From: Candidatus Thioglobus sp. | GTDB taxonomy: Bacteria > Pseudomonadota > Gammaproteobacteria > PS1 > Pseudothioglobaceae | DNA length: 60,035 bases | Direction of reading: 5' to 3' | NCBI GenBank assembly: GCA_029247465.1 | Contig: JAQWLF010000158.1 | Span: forward strand, 1-60,035 | Shown here: positions 1 to 9,171 of the stretch, in pieces | Layout: every line of letters begins with the position of its first letter | How positions within the stretch are numbered: position 1 is the stretch's first letter | Notes under the pieces: model-generated | Database searches by the model: none | Seen by the model: the letters and a program-made list of their open reading frames with translations, nothing else | Told to the model about the DNA's origin: nothing | Made by a program: the position numbers and the translations under genes

Positions 1-937
1 CATCAGTATTAGTTATCCGGTAGAGGCTAGATTCAGAAGAATCAACGGCAATCAATGAATGCTCAAAGTTAGGCTTTAATAGGCATGTATCGCCTGGTTT
101 AAGAAAAGTTTCACCGCCTTCCCAAGTCAGATTCCAGTCACCTTTCATCGGCATTAAAACTTCGAAATGGTTGATACTGTATAACTCTTGTGCTAATGAT
201 TTAGAACTAATAAACTCAATCTCAAATCCTGGTTTGTCTTTCAATAGACCTTTTTCACCTACTACCAAGCAAGATTCATTCTTTGATAAGGCCATCAGAT
301 CCCAATAACGAGCAACATAATCACGAACAACATAATGAACCGGCACTTCGGGAATTCCTAGCATTTCCTTTTCAGATAACTTGGTCATCGGCTTATCTCC
401 AACTGGCAGCTTTTGCCCTTTTTTAGTGTCGTATAAAAGACCAGTTTCACTAAGAATTAAGCCGTGAGCTGTTGCTGCATCCAAGACCTGTGGTGCCCAG
501 ACAACACCTCCACCTGAATCATCACCTCCTAAAATCGACATAATCATGCCATATTCTCTACCAACATTCTCAAAACCTCGAAAAACATGAGTAGGGATAT
601 TAAAGATATCGCCTTCATTTAAAATCACCTCACCAGCATTACCATCAAGACCCCAGAAAAAGCGCCAACACCCTTTTAATACGAAGAAAACCTCCGCAGT
701 ATTATGATAATGAAGAGAGTTAAAACATTTCGGGGGTTGACCAGCTGCGCCAATATTAAAGCCAGGCGTTTGATTAATATGTACATGCTGGTCGAGGCTT
801 TCTGATACACCTGAGCCAATAATTGTAAAGTTATCTTTCTGACTTGAGCCAGGTGTATGGGCATCAATAAAAGCTGTCTTACAGGGCTTTAAATCATCAT
901 ATCGAACTATGTATTTTTCCATTTCCTCTAATGTCAT
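1..937 (-). CDS. Cupin-domain (probably bicupin) protein, truncated by the left window edge
   Basis: Not in the ORF track; hand translation from ATG at 937 gives MTLEEMEKYIVRYDDLKPCKTAFIDAHTPGS...NSLHYHNTAEVFFVLKG...GDIFNIPTHVFRGFEN (cupin HxHxxxE motif plus motif 2) and a second degenerate cupin-like stretch (FEVLMPMKG...PGDTCLL). Frame stays open to base 2. Confidence 0.85.
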   Translation of the reverse strand, partial: MTLEEMEKYIVRYDDLKPCKTAFIDAHTPGSSQKDNFTIIGSGVSESLDQHVHINQTPGFNIGAAGQPPKCFNSLHYHNTAEVFFVLKGCWRFFWGLDGNAGEVILNEGDIFNIPTHVFRGFENVGREYGMIMSILGGDDSGGGVVWAPQVLDAATAHGLILSETGLLYDTKKGQKLPVGDKPMTKLSEKEMLGIPEVPVHYVVRDYVARYWDLMALSKNESCLVVGEKGLLKDKPGFEIEFISSKSLAQELYSINHFEVLMPMKGDWNLTWEGGETFLKPGDTCLLKPNFEHSLIAVDSSESSLYRITNTD

Positions 938-939
938 TA

Positions 940-1908
940 TTACCCCGTCTTAATAATTATTTGTTTCCATAATGATGTCTCATCAAACAAAGTGTATTCT
1001 CTTCTTAGGCCCCATGGTCCAAACTCAGCATGTGACACTCCCATTACATATAATTCAGCGCCAGTAGGGTCTCCAAAAATACCCCGGCCATCATGCTTAC
1101 CTTTTAAGTTCCAGCGAACTGCGGCCCTAGGAGACATGTGTTTATCTTCTCGACCAATTTGATGTTCAATAGAGAATTTTGCACTTGGCATGGATGAGCG
1201 CAGGCCCATCCAAAACTCTTCGGCATCGGAGTATGAGTGTGCAGATACTCCTCCAGGATATTCTAGGTGACAGCCACGGTCATACTCAGAAGTAATAACT
1301 GATTGATCAGAGTTCATAATCCGTTTCAAGATATCAACATACTTTTCACCCCACTCGTTATTATTACCTTTACCTTTATATGGCCCTAGCTGATCCATGG
1401 AGTCTGTAAATGGGAGCTGACAATTCTCTCTCCCGCCTTCAAGATCTATCTGTTTTCTAGCGAAATCTTTTGGATGAATTCCCAACTGTCTCGCCATAGC
1501 ACCTTGATCACGAATTAACCACTCGTCATTCACCTGATTATTAATAGCATGACAATCTGCTATCGTTCTAAAAACAATTTTTTTACCAGTTGCTTTGCCA
1601 AACTGTCCATCTCCAGAGTGAGTTGCTGTTGATATGATTCGATGCGATGACAACATTCCTGTTTCAGGAGTGCCAGACCAGATTACATCCTCTCCCAAGA
1701 GCTGACGATCTGGGAATTCTGATAAGGTTGCCTTGGTGGCTTCAATAACGGGTTTATTCCCCATTACAATAGAGGGTGGTGCTCTTAATATAATATCATC
1801 AGAATAGAGATAAAGCAGTTTATCAATTCCACGCTCTTCCCAAATTTCATAAGTAATTCCATTAATGAAATCGGGGAAATCTACATACTTTGAATCAAAA
1901 CCTTCCAC
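940..1908 (-). CDS. Tandem SnoaL/NTF2-like (ester cyclase family) protein
   Basis: 322 aa with two similar halves (ATHSGDGQFGKATGKKI and GKHDGRGIFGDPTGAEL), typical SnoaL-like motif; GTG start with AAGGAG RBS. Confidence 0.75.
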   Translation of the reverse strand: MEGFDSKYVDFPDFINGITYEIWEERGIDKLLYLYSDDIILRAPPSIVMGNKPVIEATKATLSEFPDRQLLGEDVIWSGTPETGMLSSHRIISTATHSGDGQFGKATGKKIVFRTIADCHAINNQVNDEWLIRDQGAMARQLGIHPKDFARKQIDLEGGRENCQLPFTDSMDQLGPYKGKGNNNEWGEKYVDILKRIMNSDQSVITSEYDRGCHLEYPGGVSAHSYSDAEEFWMGLRSSMPSAKFSIEHQIGREDKHMSPRAAVRWNLKGKHDGRGIFGDPTGAELYVMGVSHAEFGPWGLRREYTLFDETSLWKQIIIKTG

Positions 1909-1913
1909 TCTTA

Positions 1914-2939
1914 CTACTCCTTATTGGATTTATTTGAAATCTTTGCTGAGCCTCGAAGCATAAGTGGACCATCTATTTCGATACGAAGTGGCTTCGTTTC
2001 CGGATTTTCAATACACTCAAGAATAATTGAAACAGTTTCTGCCACCATACGATTAGCTGGCTGTCTAACCGTTGTTAAATCATAAGCAGGCCAAGATGCA
2101 ACAGGAACATCGTCATAACCAACAACCGAAACTTGTTCTGGTATTTTTAACCCTAACTCAAAACGAATTACATCCATTACTGCAAATGCCATGTCATCAC
2201 TTGCTACAAAAACAGCATCTGGTATTTCCTTTTTACTGAACATTTTCCGTGCAGCTTGTCGAGCCTCATCTTGAACAAAATTACCAACCTCGCGAGCATA
2301 CAGAGACCTTCCGTGCTGTGTCAGCTCTTCGGTGAAGCCAGCTTCTCTATCACGCTGAGTAGAAGCGCCTTCCCATCCAGCGATATAGCCTATACGTTTG
2401 TGACCACCAGCAATCAAGAATCTCGCAACTTTTTGCCCGCCAAGAAAATTGTCTGAAGTAACAGTTGAAAATCTATCATCATCTTGGCCACGGTTAAATA
2501 ACATTACAGGAACCCCTGCAGCAACACATCTGTTGGTAAGATTTGACGACATTGCAATAGAAGCTAAAATAATGGCATCAACCTGATAATCAAGAATTTC
2601 ATCCACAACATCATCAATATTTCCCGACGTTTTCGAAGCCATAAAAACTAATACGTGATAACCTTTTTTTTGTAATGCGTTAGAAAGAAGCTCCAACGCT
2701 TCTGGATAAAAATAATTATCTAGATGTGAAACCAATAGACCAATGATTCTTGACTTTCCTGTAATTAATGATCGAGCTAAGACATTTGGACGATAGCCGA
2801 GCTCTAAAGCAGCAATACGAACTTTCTCATTTGTTTTTTTTGAAACAGAGGCGCCAGGCGTGAAAACACGAGAAACTGCAGATTGACTTACACCAGCTAA
2901 TTTTGCCACTTCCAATGATGTTACTTTTTTAGTCGCCAT
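1914..2939 (-). CDS. LacI-family transcriptional regulator
   Basis: N-terminal HTH VTSLEVAKLAGVSQSAVSRVF, hinge LGYRPNVLARSL, C-terminal VSVVGYDD and LTTVRQP. ATG at 2939 overlaps the upstream stop (TAATG). Confidence 0.95.
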   Translation of the reverse strand: MATKKVTSLEVAKLAGVSQSAVSRVFTPGASVSKKTNEKVRIAALELGYRPNVLARSLITGKSRIIGLLVSHLDNYFYPEALELLSNALQKKGYHVLVFMASKTSGNIDDVVDEILDYQVDAIILASIAMSSNLTNRCVAAGVPVMLFNRGQDDDRFSTVTSDNFLGGQKVARFLIAGGHKRIGYIAGWEGASTQRDREAGFTEELTQHGRSLYAREVGNFVQDEARQAARKMFSKKEIPDAVFVASDDMAFAVMDVIRFELGLKIPEQVSVVGYDDVPVASWPAYDLTTVRQPANRMVAETVSIILECIENPETKPLRIEIDGPLMLRGSAKISNKSNKE

Positions 2940-3706
2940 TAGTCTGCCGTCCAACCTCCATCAACCATCAATGCTGACCCTGTGATCATTGCAGATGCCT
3001 CAGAAGCCAAAAATACTACAGCACCCATAATATCTTCAACTTCACCAATTCGTCCAAGTTTTATCTTTTCCTCAATCCATTTTCTACGTTCAGGATTATC
3101 AAAAGTTGACTGGGTAAGAGGCGTACGTATAAATGTTGGGCAAATAGTATTAACCCTAATTTGATGCGGTCCCCATTCTATAGCCATTGCCTTGGTAAAA
3201 CCTTCAACGGCATGTTTGGATGCAGAATAAACCGCTCTATCAATACCACCTACATGTCCCATCTGAGAGGAGATATTGATTAAAGAGCCAGGTTTTTTTG
3301 CTTTTATCAAGCCCTTTGCAACAGCCTGAGTCACAAAATAAGCACCACGAAGATTGACATTCATAACATCATCAAAATCTTCTACTAAAGTATCCTTAGA
3401 GGGTGAGTGTCGACCTAAACCAGCGCTATTAACTAAAATATCAAAAGGATCGTGATTTTCTATAGACTCTCTGATTGAATTTGTGTTGGTTACATCTAAC
3501 ATCATTGCCTCGGCACTTAGCCCTTTTGATTGAATTGCATCAACAACATCATTAAGCCCCCCAATGTTTCGTGCTGACAACACTACATGGGAACCAGCCT
3601 CAGCCAAAGCGACTGCACAACCCAAACCAACCCCAGATGAAGCGCCAGTAATAAGCGCCTTCATTCCATCTAATCTCATAGATGGAGTTTTAGGTAATTT
3701 AATCAC
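2939..3706 (-). CDS. Classical SDR oxidoreductase
   Basis: TGASSGVG Rossmann motif, NSAG, catalytic YSASK, C-terminal VDGGW. Confidence 0.93.
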   Translation of the reverse strand: MIKLPKTPSMRLDGMKALITGASSGVGLGCAVALAEAGSHVVLSARNIGGLNDVVDAIQSKGLSAEAMMLDVTNTNSIRESIENHDPFDILVNSAGLGRHSPSKDTLVEDFDDVMNVNLRGAYFVTQAVAKGLIKAKKPGSLINISSQMGHVGGIDRAVYSASKHAVEGFTKAMAIEWGPHQIRVNTICPTFIRTPLTQSTFDNPERRKWIEEKIKLGRIGEVEDIMGAVVFLASEASAMITGSALMVDGGWTAD

Positions 3707-5013
3707 TTTGCTGCTTGTCCATAGGGGACATTTTCACCACCATAACGCCTGACTCTGATATTGGCTTGCTCAGCATGTCCAACAAAAGACTCTAACATGC
3801 AAAGTCGTGAGCAGTAACGTCCAATCTTTACAGCAGCCTCATCAGTAGTAATTTTTTGATAGCTATGCGTTTTAAGGAACTTACCAACCCACAGTCCGCC
3901 GGTATATTTACCCGCTTTTTTTGTAGGTAGTGTGTGGTTGGTTCCGATTACTTTATCACCATTCGATACATTCGTTCTTGGGCCTAAAAATAATGCCCCA
4001 TAGGAATGCATATTATCTAAAAACCAATCATCACGATCAGTCATAACCTGGACATGTTCTGATGCAATATCGTTAGCAACATCGAGCATCTCATCATAGT
4101 TATCACAGACTATGACTTCACCATATTCTTCCCAGCTAACTGAGGCTGTATCTGCTGTTGGAAGAATGGTTAGTAGTCTATCAATCTCTAAGAGTGTATC
4201 TTCTGCTAGCTTTAGATTATTAGTAACCAAAACAGCTGGAGAGTTATACCCATGTTCTGCCTGGCCTAGTAAGTCAGTGGCACATAATTCAGCATCAACG
4301 GTGTCATCAGCGATCACCATAGTTTCTGTTGGCCCAGCAAATAAATCAATCCCAACTCGACCAAATAACTGTCTTTTAGCCTCAGCAACGAAGGCATTAC
4401 CAGGACCAACAAGCATATCAACTGAATCAATACTTGCAGTGCCAAGGGCCATCGCACCAACAGCTTGAATACCACCTATAACATAAATCTCATGAGCACC
4501 GCCGAGATGCATTGCTGCAATCACAGCTGGATTGGGCTCGCCTTTAAATGGCGGAGTACAGGCAATAATTCTTGGTACTTTTGCAACACTTGCTGTAACA
4601 ATTGACATGTGTGCTGAAGCTACCATTGGGAATTTTCCTGCTGGAACATAGCATCCAACTGATTGAACTGGGATATTTTTATGTCCAAGGATAACCCCTG
4701 GCATAGTCTCAACCTCTATATCTTGCATAGAGTCTCTTTGTGCTTGTGCAAAATTTCTAACCTGCTTTTGAGCAAAATTTATATCCTCTAAATCTTGAGG
4801 TGATACTTTTTTTACTAAACTGTCGATTTCAGCAGGACTTAATTTAAAAGACTTTGGCGTGTAATTATCAAATTTCTCAGAGAACTCTCTTACTGCTTCA
4901 TCGCCTCTTGCTTCAATTGCCTTCAGAGTGCTTTTAACAATCTCACTAACTTGTTCATCGTCTATAGCCTTAGCAGCATCAGTTTTTCCTTGTTTTAAAT
5001 ATTTTATTGACAC
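3703..5013 (-). CDS. Histidinol dehydrogenase paralog (HpsN/sulfopropanediol 3-dehydrogenase-like)
   Basis: HisD-fold motifs [52 protein letters not shown]; no his genes nearby; catabolic context. Confidence 0.85.
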   Translation of the reverse strand: MSIKYLKQGKTDAAKAIDDEQVSEIVKSTLKAIEARGDEAVREFSEKFDNYTPKSFKLSPAEIDSLVKKVSPQDLEDINFAQKQVRNFAQAQRDSMQDIEVETMPGVILGHKNIPVQSVGCYVPAGKFPMVASAHMSIVTASVAKVPRIIACTPPFKGEPNPAVIAAMHLGGAHEIYVIGGIQAVGAMALGTASIDSVDMLVGPGNAFVAEAKRQLFGRVGIDLFAGPTETMVIADDTVDAELCATDLLGQAEHGYNSPAVLVTNNLKLAEDTLLEIDRLLTILPTADTASVSWEEYGEVIVCDNYDEMLDVANDIASEHVQVMTDRDDWFLDNMHSYGALFLGPRTNVSNGDKVIGTNHTLPTKKAGKYTGGLWVGKFLKTHSYQKITTDEAAVKIGRYCSRLCMLESFVGHAEQANIRVRRYGGENVPYGQAAK

Positions 5014-5024
5014 AATATCTCCAA

Positions 5025-5510
5025 TTAATTTGGCTTTGGCGGAACTATCTCACCACGATCATAGGACTCCCACCCCAGACCATTAAATACATCAACGCCA
5101 AGTTGTTCTAAAATACTCGGAAAGTCAACGGTTACCCAGTTGTCTGTTATAAGCCCATCTCTGACTTCCCAGAAATCTGTATAGTGGATTTTTACGCGCT
5201 TATTAGTTGGCTCTATCCCCATGAACTCTCCACTATGAACTGCATCAATATGCCCAAAGCATGATGCCCATTCGCCGTCAACTAAAAACTTATCCGTATT
5301 ATATTTCCGATCTGAAAAAGCAGCCCTAAGGGGCAGTTGCCAATTATTTCGAAACTCCTCAAGGTTTTGCTTTGTACCGCAACCCTGATTACCCATCCAC
5401 CGAAAGTCTTTATGGAAGTACTTCCCCATGTCATTAGATTTAGCAATCAAAGCTTCTTCCATAGCCTTAACTACAGCGAGTGTTTTTTTTGATGTCTCGT
5501 CATAACTCAT
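5025..5510 (-). CDS. SnoaL-like ester/polyketide cyclase family protein
   Basis: 161 aa; [34 protein letters not shown] is the typical SnoaL C-terminal signature. Confidence 0.85.
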   Translation of the reverse strand: MSYDETSKKTLAVVKAMEEALIAKSNDMGKYFHKDFRWMGNQGCGTKQNLEEFRNNWQLPLRAAFSDRKYNTDKFLVDGEWASCFGHIDAVHSGEFMGIEPTNKRVKIHYTDFWEVRDGLITDNWVTVDFPSILEQLGVDVFNGLGWESYDRGEIVPPKPN

Positions 5511-5528
5511 TTTTTAGAGCTCCAGTTT

Positions 5529-6581
5529 TTAGTTTTCAAGCATTTCTCCAGTTTTTGTACTGAACAAGAGGCATAAGTTTGCAGGAATATTTGCCATAAC
5601 TTTAGAGCCAATTTCTGCATAGTAATTTTTATCAGACTTTATAGAAACTATTTCACCACCAGCTCTTACTGAAACCATGGTCATATCCCCTAATAGTTCC
5701 ATTGAAAATGCGGCGGCAGAAATTGCACCGTTGCTTTCAACAATAGAAGCGTCTTCAGCACGAAACCCAAGTGTGACTTTGCCAGAATGTTTTTTGTTCA
5801 ACCCTTCAATTTGTACTCCATCGCCTTTAAATACACCATCATTTATAGACCCGTGCATCAAGTTCATTGCTGGTGATCCAATAAAGCTTGCAACAAAGCT
5901 ATTAGCTGGCTTGTTGTAAATATCTTTAGGGGTTCCAACTTGCTGAATGACCCCATCTTTCATTACTACAACTCTATCTGCAAGGGTCATAGCCTCAACT
6001 TGGTCATGAGTAACATAGATAGTTGTAACTCGTAACTTATTTTGAAGATTTTTAATTTGAGCTCTTGTAGAAACTCGTAATTTAGCATCTAAGTTTGACA
6101 GTGGCTCATCCATTAAAAAGACGGTAGGCTCACGAACAATCGCTCTAGCCAAAGCCACTCTTTGTCTTTGACCTCCAGACAACTCAGAAGGCTTACGATG
6201 TAAATAATCATTAAGTTCAACCATCTCAGATGCTTGCATTACTTTTTCTTTATGAAGTGCTTTGTCAATCTTTCTCACCTTAAGTGGAAAGCAAATATTT
6301 TCATATACTGTCATATTTGGATAGAGTGCATATGATTGAAATACCATCGCAACATCACGGTCCTTTGGCTCTAAATTATTAACAACCTTACCGTCAATAA
6401 GTATCTCACCAGTAGTTACAGTTTCAAGTCCAGCAATCATACGCATTGTGGTGGTTTTCCCACAACCGGATGGTCCGAGCAACACTAAGAACTCCTCATC
6501 TGAAATAGTCAGGTTAAAGTTGTCTACACCAACAAAATTACCCCAGCGTTTCGAAATACTTTTTAATTCAATTTCGGCCAT
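5529..6581 (-). CDS. Carbohydrate-type (MalK/UgpC) ABC transporter ATP-binding protein
   Basis: Walker A GPSGCGKT, FQSYALYP, LSGGQRQR, DEPLSNLDAKLR, C-terminal OB/TOBE region. Confidence 0.95.
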   Translation of the reverse strand: MAEIELKSISKRWGNFVGVDNFNLTISDEEFLVLLGPSGCGKTTTMRMIAGLETVTTGEILIDGKVVNNLEPKDRDVAMVFQSYALYPNMTVYENICFPLKVRKIDKALHKEKVMQASEMVELNDYLHRKPSELSGGQRQRVALARAIVREPTVFLMDEPLSNLDAKLRVSTRAQIKNLQNKLRVTTIYVTHDQVEAMTLADRVVVMKDGVIQQVGTPKDIYNKPANSFVASFIGSPAMNLMHGSINDGVFKGDGVQIEGLNKKHSGKVTLGFRAEDASIVESNGAISAAAFSMELLGDMTMVSVRAGGEIVSIKSDKNYYAEIGSKVMANIPANLCLLFSTKTGEMLEN

Positions 6582-6630
6582 ATTTTTTTATGTAAACTAT
6601 TTAGTATTATGATGCATAAAGTATAAATAA

Positions 6631-6644
6631 TGCATACGATTGCA
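6631..6644. promoter_or_regulatory. Putative LacI-family operator 1 (TGCATACGATTGCA)
   Basis: Imperfect palindrome with central CG, about 50 nt upstream of the LacI-containing operon; matches the reverse complement of site 2 at 12/14. Confidence 0.6.
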
Positions 6645-6684
6645 AAATATTATATCACATGGTTTTTTCTTTTAAAAAGAATGT

Positions 6685-6698
6685 TGCAAACCTATGCA
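6685..6698. promoter_or_regulatory. Putative LacI-family operator 2 (TGCAAACCTATGCA)
   Basis: Second TGCA-N6-TGCA imperfect palindrome in the same divergent promoter region. Confidence 0.55.
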
Positions 6699-6778
6699 AT
6701 AAATCATCTATTTATATTTGATATCCAATTCATTTACAAACAAATTAAAATACAAAAATATCTTACTGGAGAATTCAT

Positions 6779-7690
6779 ATGACAAACCTTCAACCATCTA
6801 GAGAAGCTTTTATTACTTGTGCCGTTACTGGATCTGGTGATACAACAGGAAAATCCGATAAAGTTCCTATTACACCCCAGCAAATTGCTGACTCATGTAT
6901 TGCTGCGGCTCAGGCCGGAGCCGCCGTTGTTCACATTCATGTTAGAGACCCAAAAACAGGTGCCCCTGCTCGTGATCCTGCTTTGTATGTAGAAGTTGTT
7001 AATTTCATTAGAGAGTCAAAGGTTGATATGGTTTTGAATCTTACTTCAGGTATGGGTGGAGATCTTATTTTTGGTTCTGCTGAAGAGCCGCTTCCCCTAA
7101 AAGATGAAGGAACTGATATGGTCGGCGCAACTGAGAGGCTTGAGCATGTTAAAGAAATACTTCCTGAGATATGTACTATTGATTGTGGCTCCATGAATTT
7201 TGGCCATGGTGATTATGTTATGACCAATACCACTTCAGTTTTACAAGAAATGACAAAACAAGTTCAAGCGCTTGGAGTGAAACCTGAAATTGAGGCTTTT
7301 GATACTGGTCATTTACGACTTGCTATATGGTTAAAGGAGCAAGGCTTAATTGATGATCCTGTAATGATTCAGCTATGTATGGGTATTCCATGGGGAGCTC
7401 CAGATGATTTGCATACCTTCCTTGCCATGACCTCAAATATTCCAAAGGACTGGACATTTTCTGCCTTCTCAATAAGTAGAAATCAGTTGCCTTATGTAGC
7501 CTTAGCTATCTTGGCAGGAGGTAATATTCGTGTTGGCCTTGAGGATAACATCTATCTCAAACGTGGCGTCCTTGCTACCAACGAAGATCTAGTAAAAAAA
7601 GCTGTACAGACTGCTGAGGGAATGGGATGCGCTATTCTAGGGCCAGATCAGGTACGCAGTAATATGAAGCTAGTTAAGCGCTGGGGCTAG
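6779..7690 (+). CDS. Beta-keto acid cleavage enzyme (BKACE/DUF849), probably 3-dehydrocarnitine cleavage enzyme (CdhC-like)
   Basis: FITCAVTG, AGAAVVHIHVRDP (Zn HxH), GSMNF, RVGLEDN; directly upstream of carnitine dehydrogenase. Confidence 0.9.
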   Translation: MTNLQPSREAFITCAVTGSGDTTGKSDKVPITPQQIADSCIAAAQAGAAVVHIHVRDPKTGAPARDPALYVEVVNFIRESKVDMVLNLTSGMGGDLIFGSAEEPLPLKDEGTDMVGATERLEHVKEILPEICTIDCGSMNFGHGDYVMTNTTSVLQEMTKQVQALGVKPEIEAFDTGHLRLAIWLKEQGLIDDPVMIQLCMGIPWGAPDDLHTFLAMTSNIPKDWTFSAFSISRNQLPYVALAILAGGNIRVGLEDNIYLKRGVLATNEDLVKKAVQTAEGMGCAILGPDQVRSNMKLVKRWG

Positions 7691-7692
7691 AC

Positions 7693-9171
7693 ATGAAAAG
7701 CATTAAGTCAGCAGGCGTTATTGGCGCAGGCGTTATTGGTAGTGGATGGATAGCCAGGTTACTGCTAAATGGTATCGATGTTTTTGTTTATGATCCCTCC
7801 AAAGAAGCGCCAAAAAATGTCAGTAAAGTTATTCAAAATGCTGAAAGGGCTTATAGCAACTTGCTCACTTCAGAGCTACCAAAAAAGGGAACACTTTTAT
7901 TTTCAAACTCAATTTCAGAAGTTGCAAAATCTGCACAATTAGTTATAGAAGCTGTACCAGAAAGACTTTCAGCAAAGCAATCTGCATATGAGGAAATTGA
8001 GTCAAGCGCTGACAAAAATGTGATTATTGCCTCATCAACTTCTGGCATCCTTCCTTCAGATTTACAGGCAGAAATGAGCCACCCAGAGAGACTCATTGTT
8101 GCTCACCCATTTAATCCAGTCTATCTTTTGCCGCTAGTAGAGATAGTTGGAGGAAAAGAAACATCTCAAGAAGTCATCAAAAAAGCTTGCAATATTTTTA
8201 CTCATATTGGCATGTTTCCACTCCATATTAAAAAAGAAATTCCTGCGTTCATTGCAGACAGACTTCTTGAATCAGTCTGGCGAGAGGCTTTATGGCTGGT
8301 CAATGATAATGTCGCTACAACCGAAGAAATCGATGACGCTATTCGTTATGGTTTTGGCCTAAGATGGGCTCAGATGGGTCTATTCGAAACCTATAGGCTT
8401 GCTGGTGGAGATGCTGGAATACGTCATTTTATTTCTCAATTTGGTCCTTGCTTGGAATGGCCTTGGACTCACTTGATGGATGTTCCTGATTTCACCGAAG
8501 AACTTATTGATAAGATATCGAACCAATCAGACGACCAATCTGGGAAATATAGTATTGATGAGTTAATGCAAAAGCGTGATGACAATTTAGTTGATTTTTT
8601 GAAGGTCCTTAAAGAGAATCGATGGGGCGCTGGAAATCATTTAAAAGAATACGAACAAACTATATCAAACTCACAAAAAAAGCTAGAGTTTTCAGAACTG
8701 GATTTATCTCAACCTGTAGACACGTATACAACCCATATTCCTAAAGAGTGGGCTGATTACAATGGTCATATGACTGAATCCCGTTACCTTGAATGCTTCT
8801 CAGAGGCGACTACAGAATTAATGGAAATTATTGGTGCTGATGAAAAGTATATCGTTAATGTTGGATCTTACTTTACAGTTGAAACCCATATAAGGCACTT
8901 AGATGAGGTTTTAATCGGAGAAAGGGTCTACTCCAAAACACAAGTGATTTATGCTCAAAATAAAAAACTTCATTTGTTTCACTGGCTCCATCATGACGAT
9001 GGAAGGTTGCTTGCAACTGCTGAACATATGTTAATTCATGTCGACTTAAAAACGCGTGGCGCCAGCATGCCTAGTGATTTAGTAATGGATAGGACGGAGC
9101 GTATTTATAGTGCACACAAAAAACTCCCCACCCCTGAAGGATTAAGTCGTGCAGTAGGGGACAAGGTCTAG
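7693..9171 (+). CDS. lcdH: L-carnitine 3-dehydrogenase fused to a hotdog thioesterase (betainyl-CoA thioesterase)
   Basis: GVIGSGWIAR, HPFNPVYLLPLVE, FIADRLLE, GLRWAQMG; C-terminal WADYNGHMTESRY thioesterase domain. Confidence 0.9.
   Translation: MKSIKSAGVIGAGVIGSGWIARLLLNGIDVFVYDPSKEAPKNVSKVIQNAERAYSNLLTSELPKKGTLLFSNSISEVAKSAQLVIEAVPERLSAKQSAYEEIESSADKNVIIASSTSGILPSDLQAEMSHPERLIVAHPFNPVYLLPLVEIVGGKETSQEVIKKACNIFTHIGMFPLHIKKEIPAFIADRLLESVWREALWLVNDNVATTEEIDDAIRYGFGLRWAQMGLFETYRLAGGDAGIRHFISQFGPCLEWPWTHLMDVPDFTEELIDKISNQSDDQSGKYSIDELMQKRDDNLVDFLKVLKENRWGAGNHLKEYEQTISNSQKKLEFSELDLSQPVDTYTTHIPKEWADYNGHMTESRYLECFSEATTELMEIIGADEKYIVNVGSYFTVETHIRHLDEVLIGERVYSKTQVIYAQNKKLHLFHWLHHDDGRLLATAEHMLIHVDLKTRGASMPSDLVMDRTERIYSAHKKLPTPEGLSRAVGDKV

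Noticed and set aside
676-867. 63-aa minus-strand ORF from the track
   Set aside because: Out-of-frame shadow inside the cupin gene (937 to the left edge).
3703-5013. Calling the gene hisD or hpsN outright
   Set aside because: Context is not biosynthetic, and orthology to characterised HpsN cannot be confirmed without a tree.
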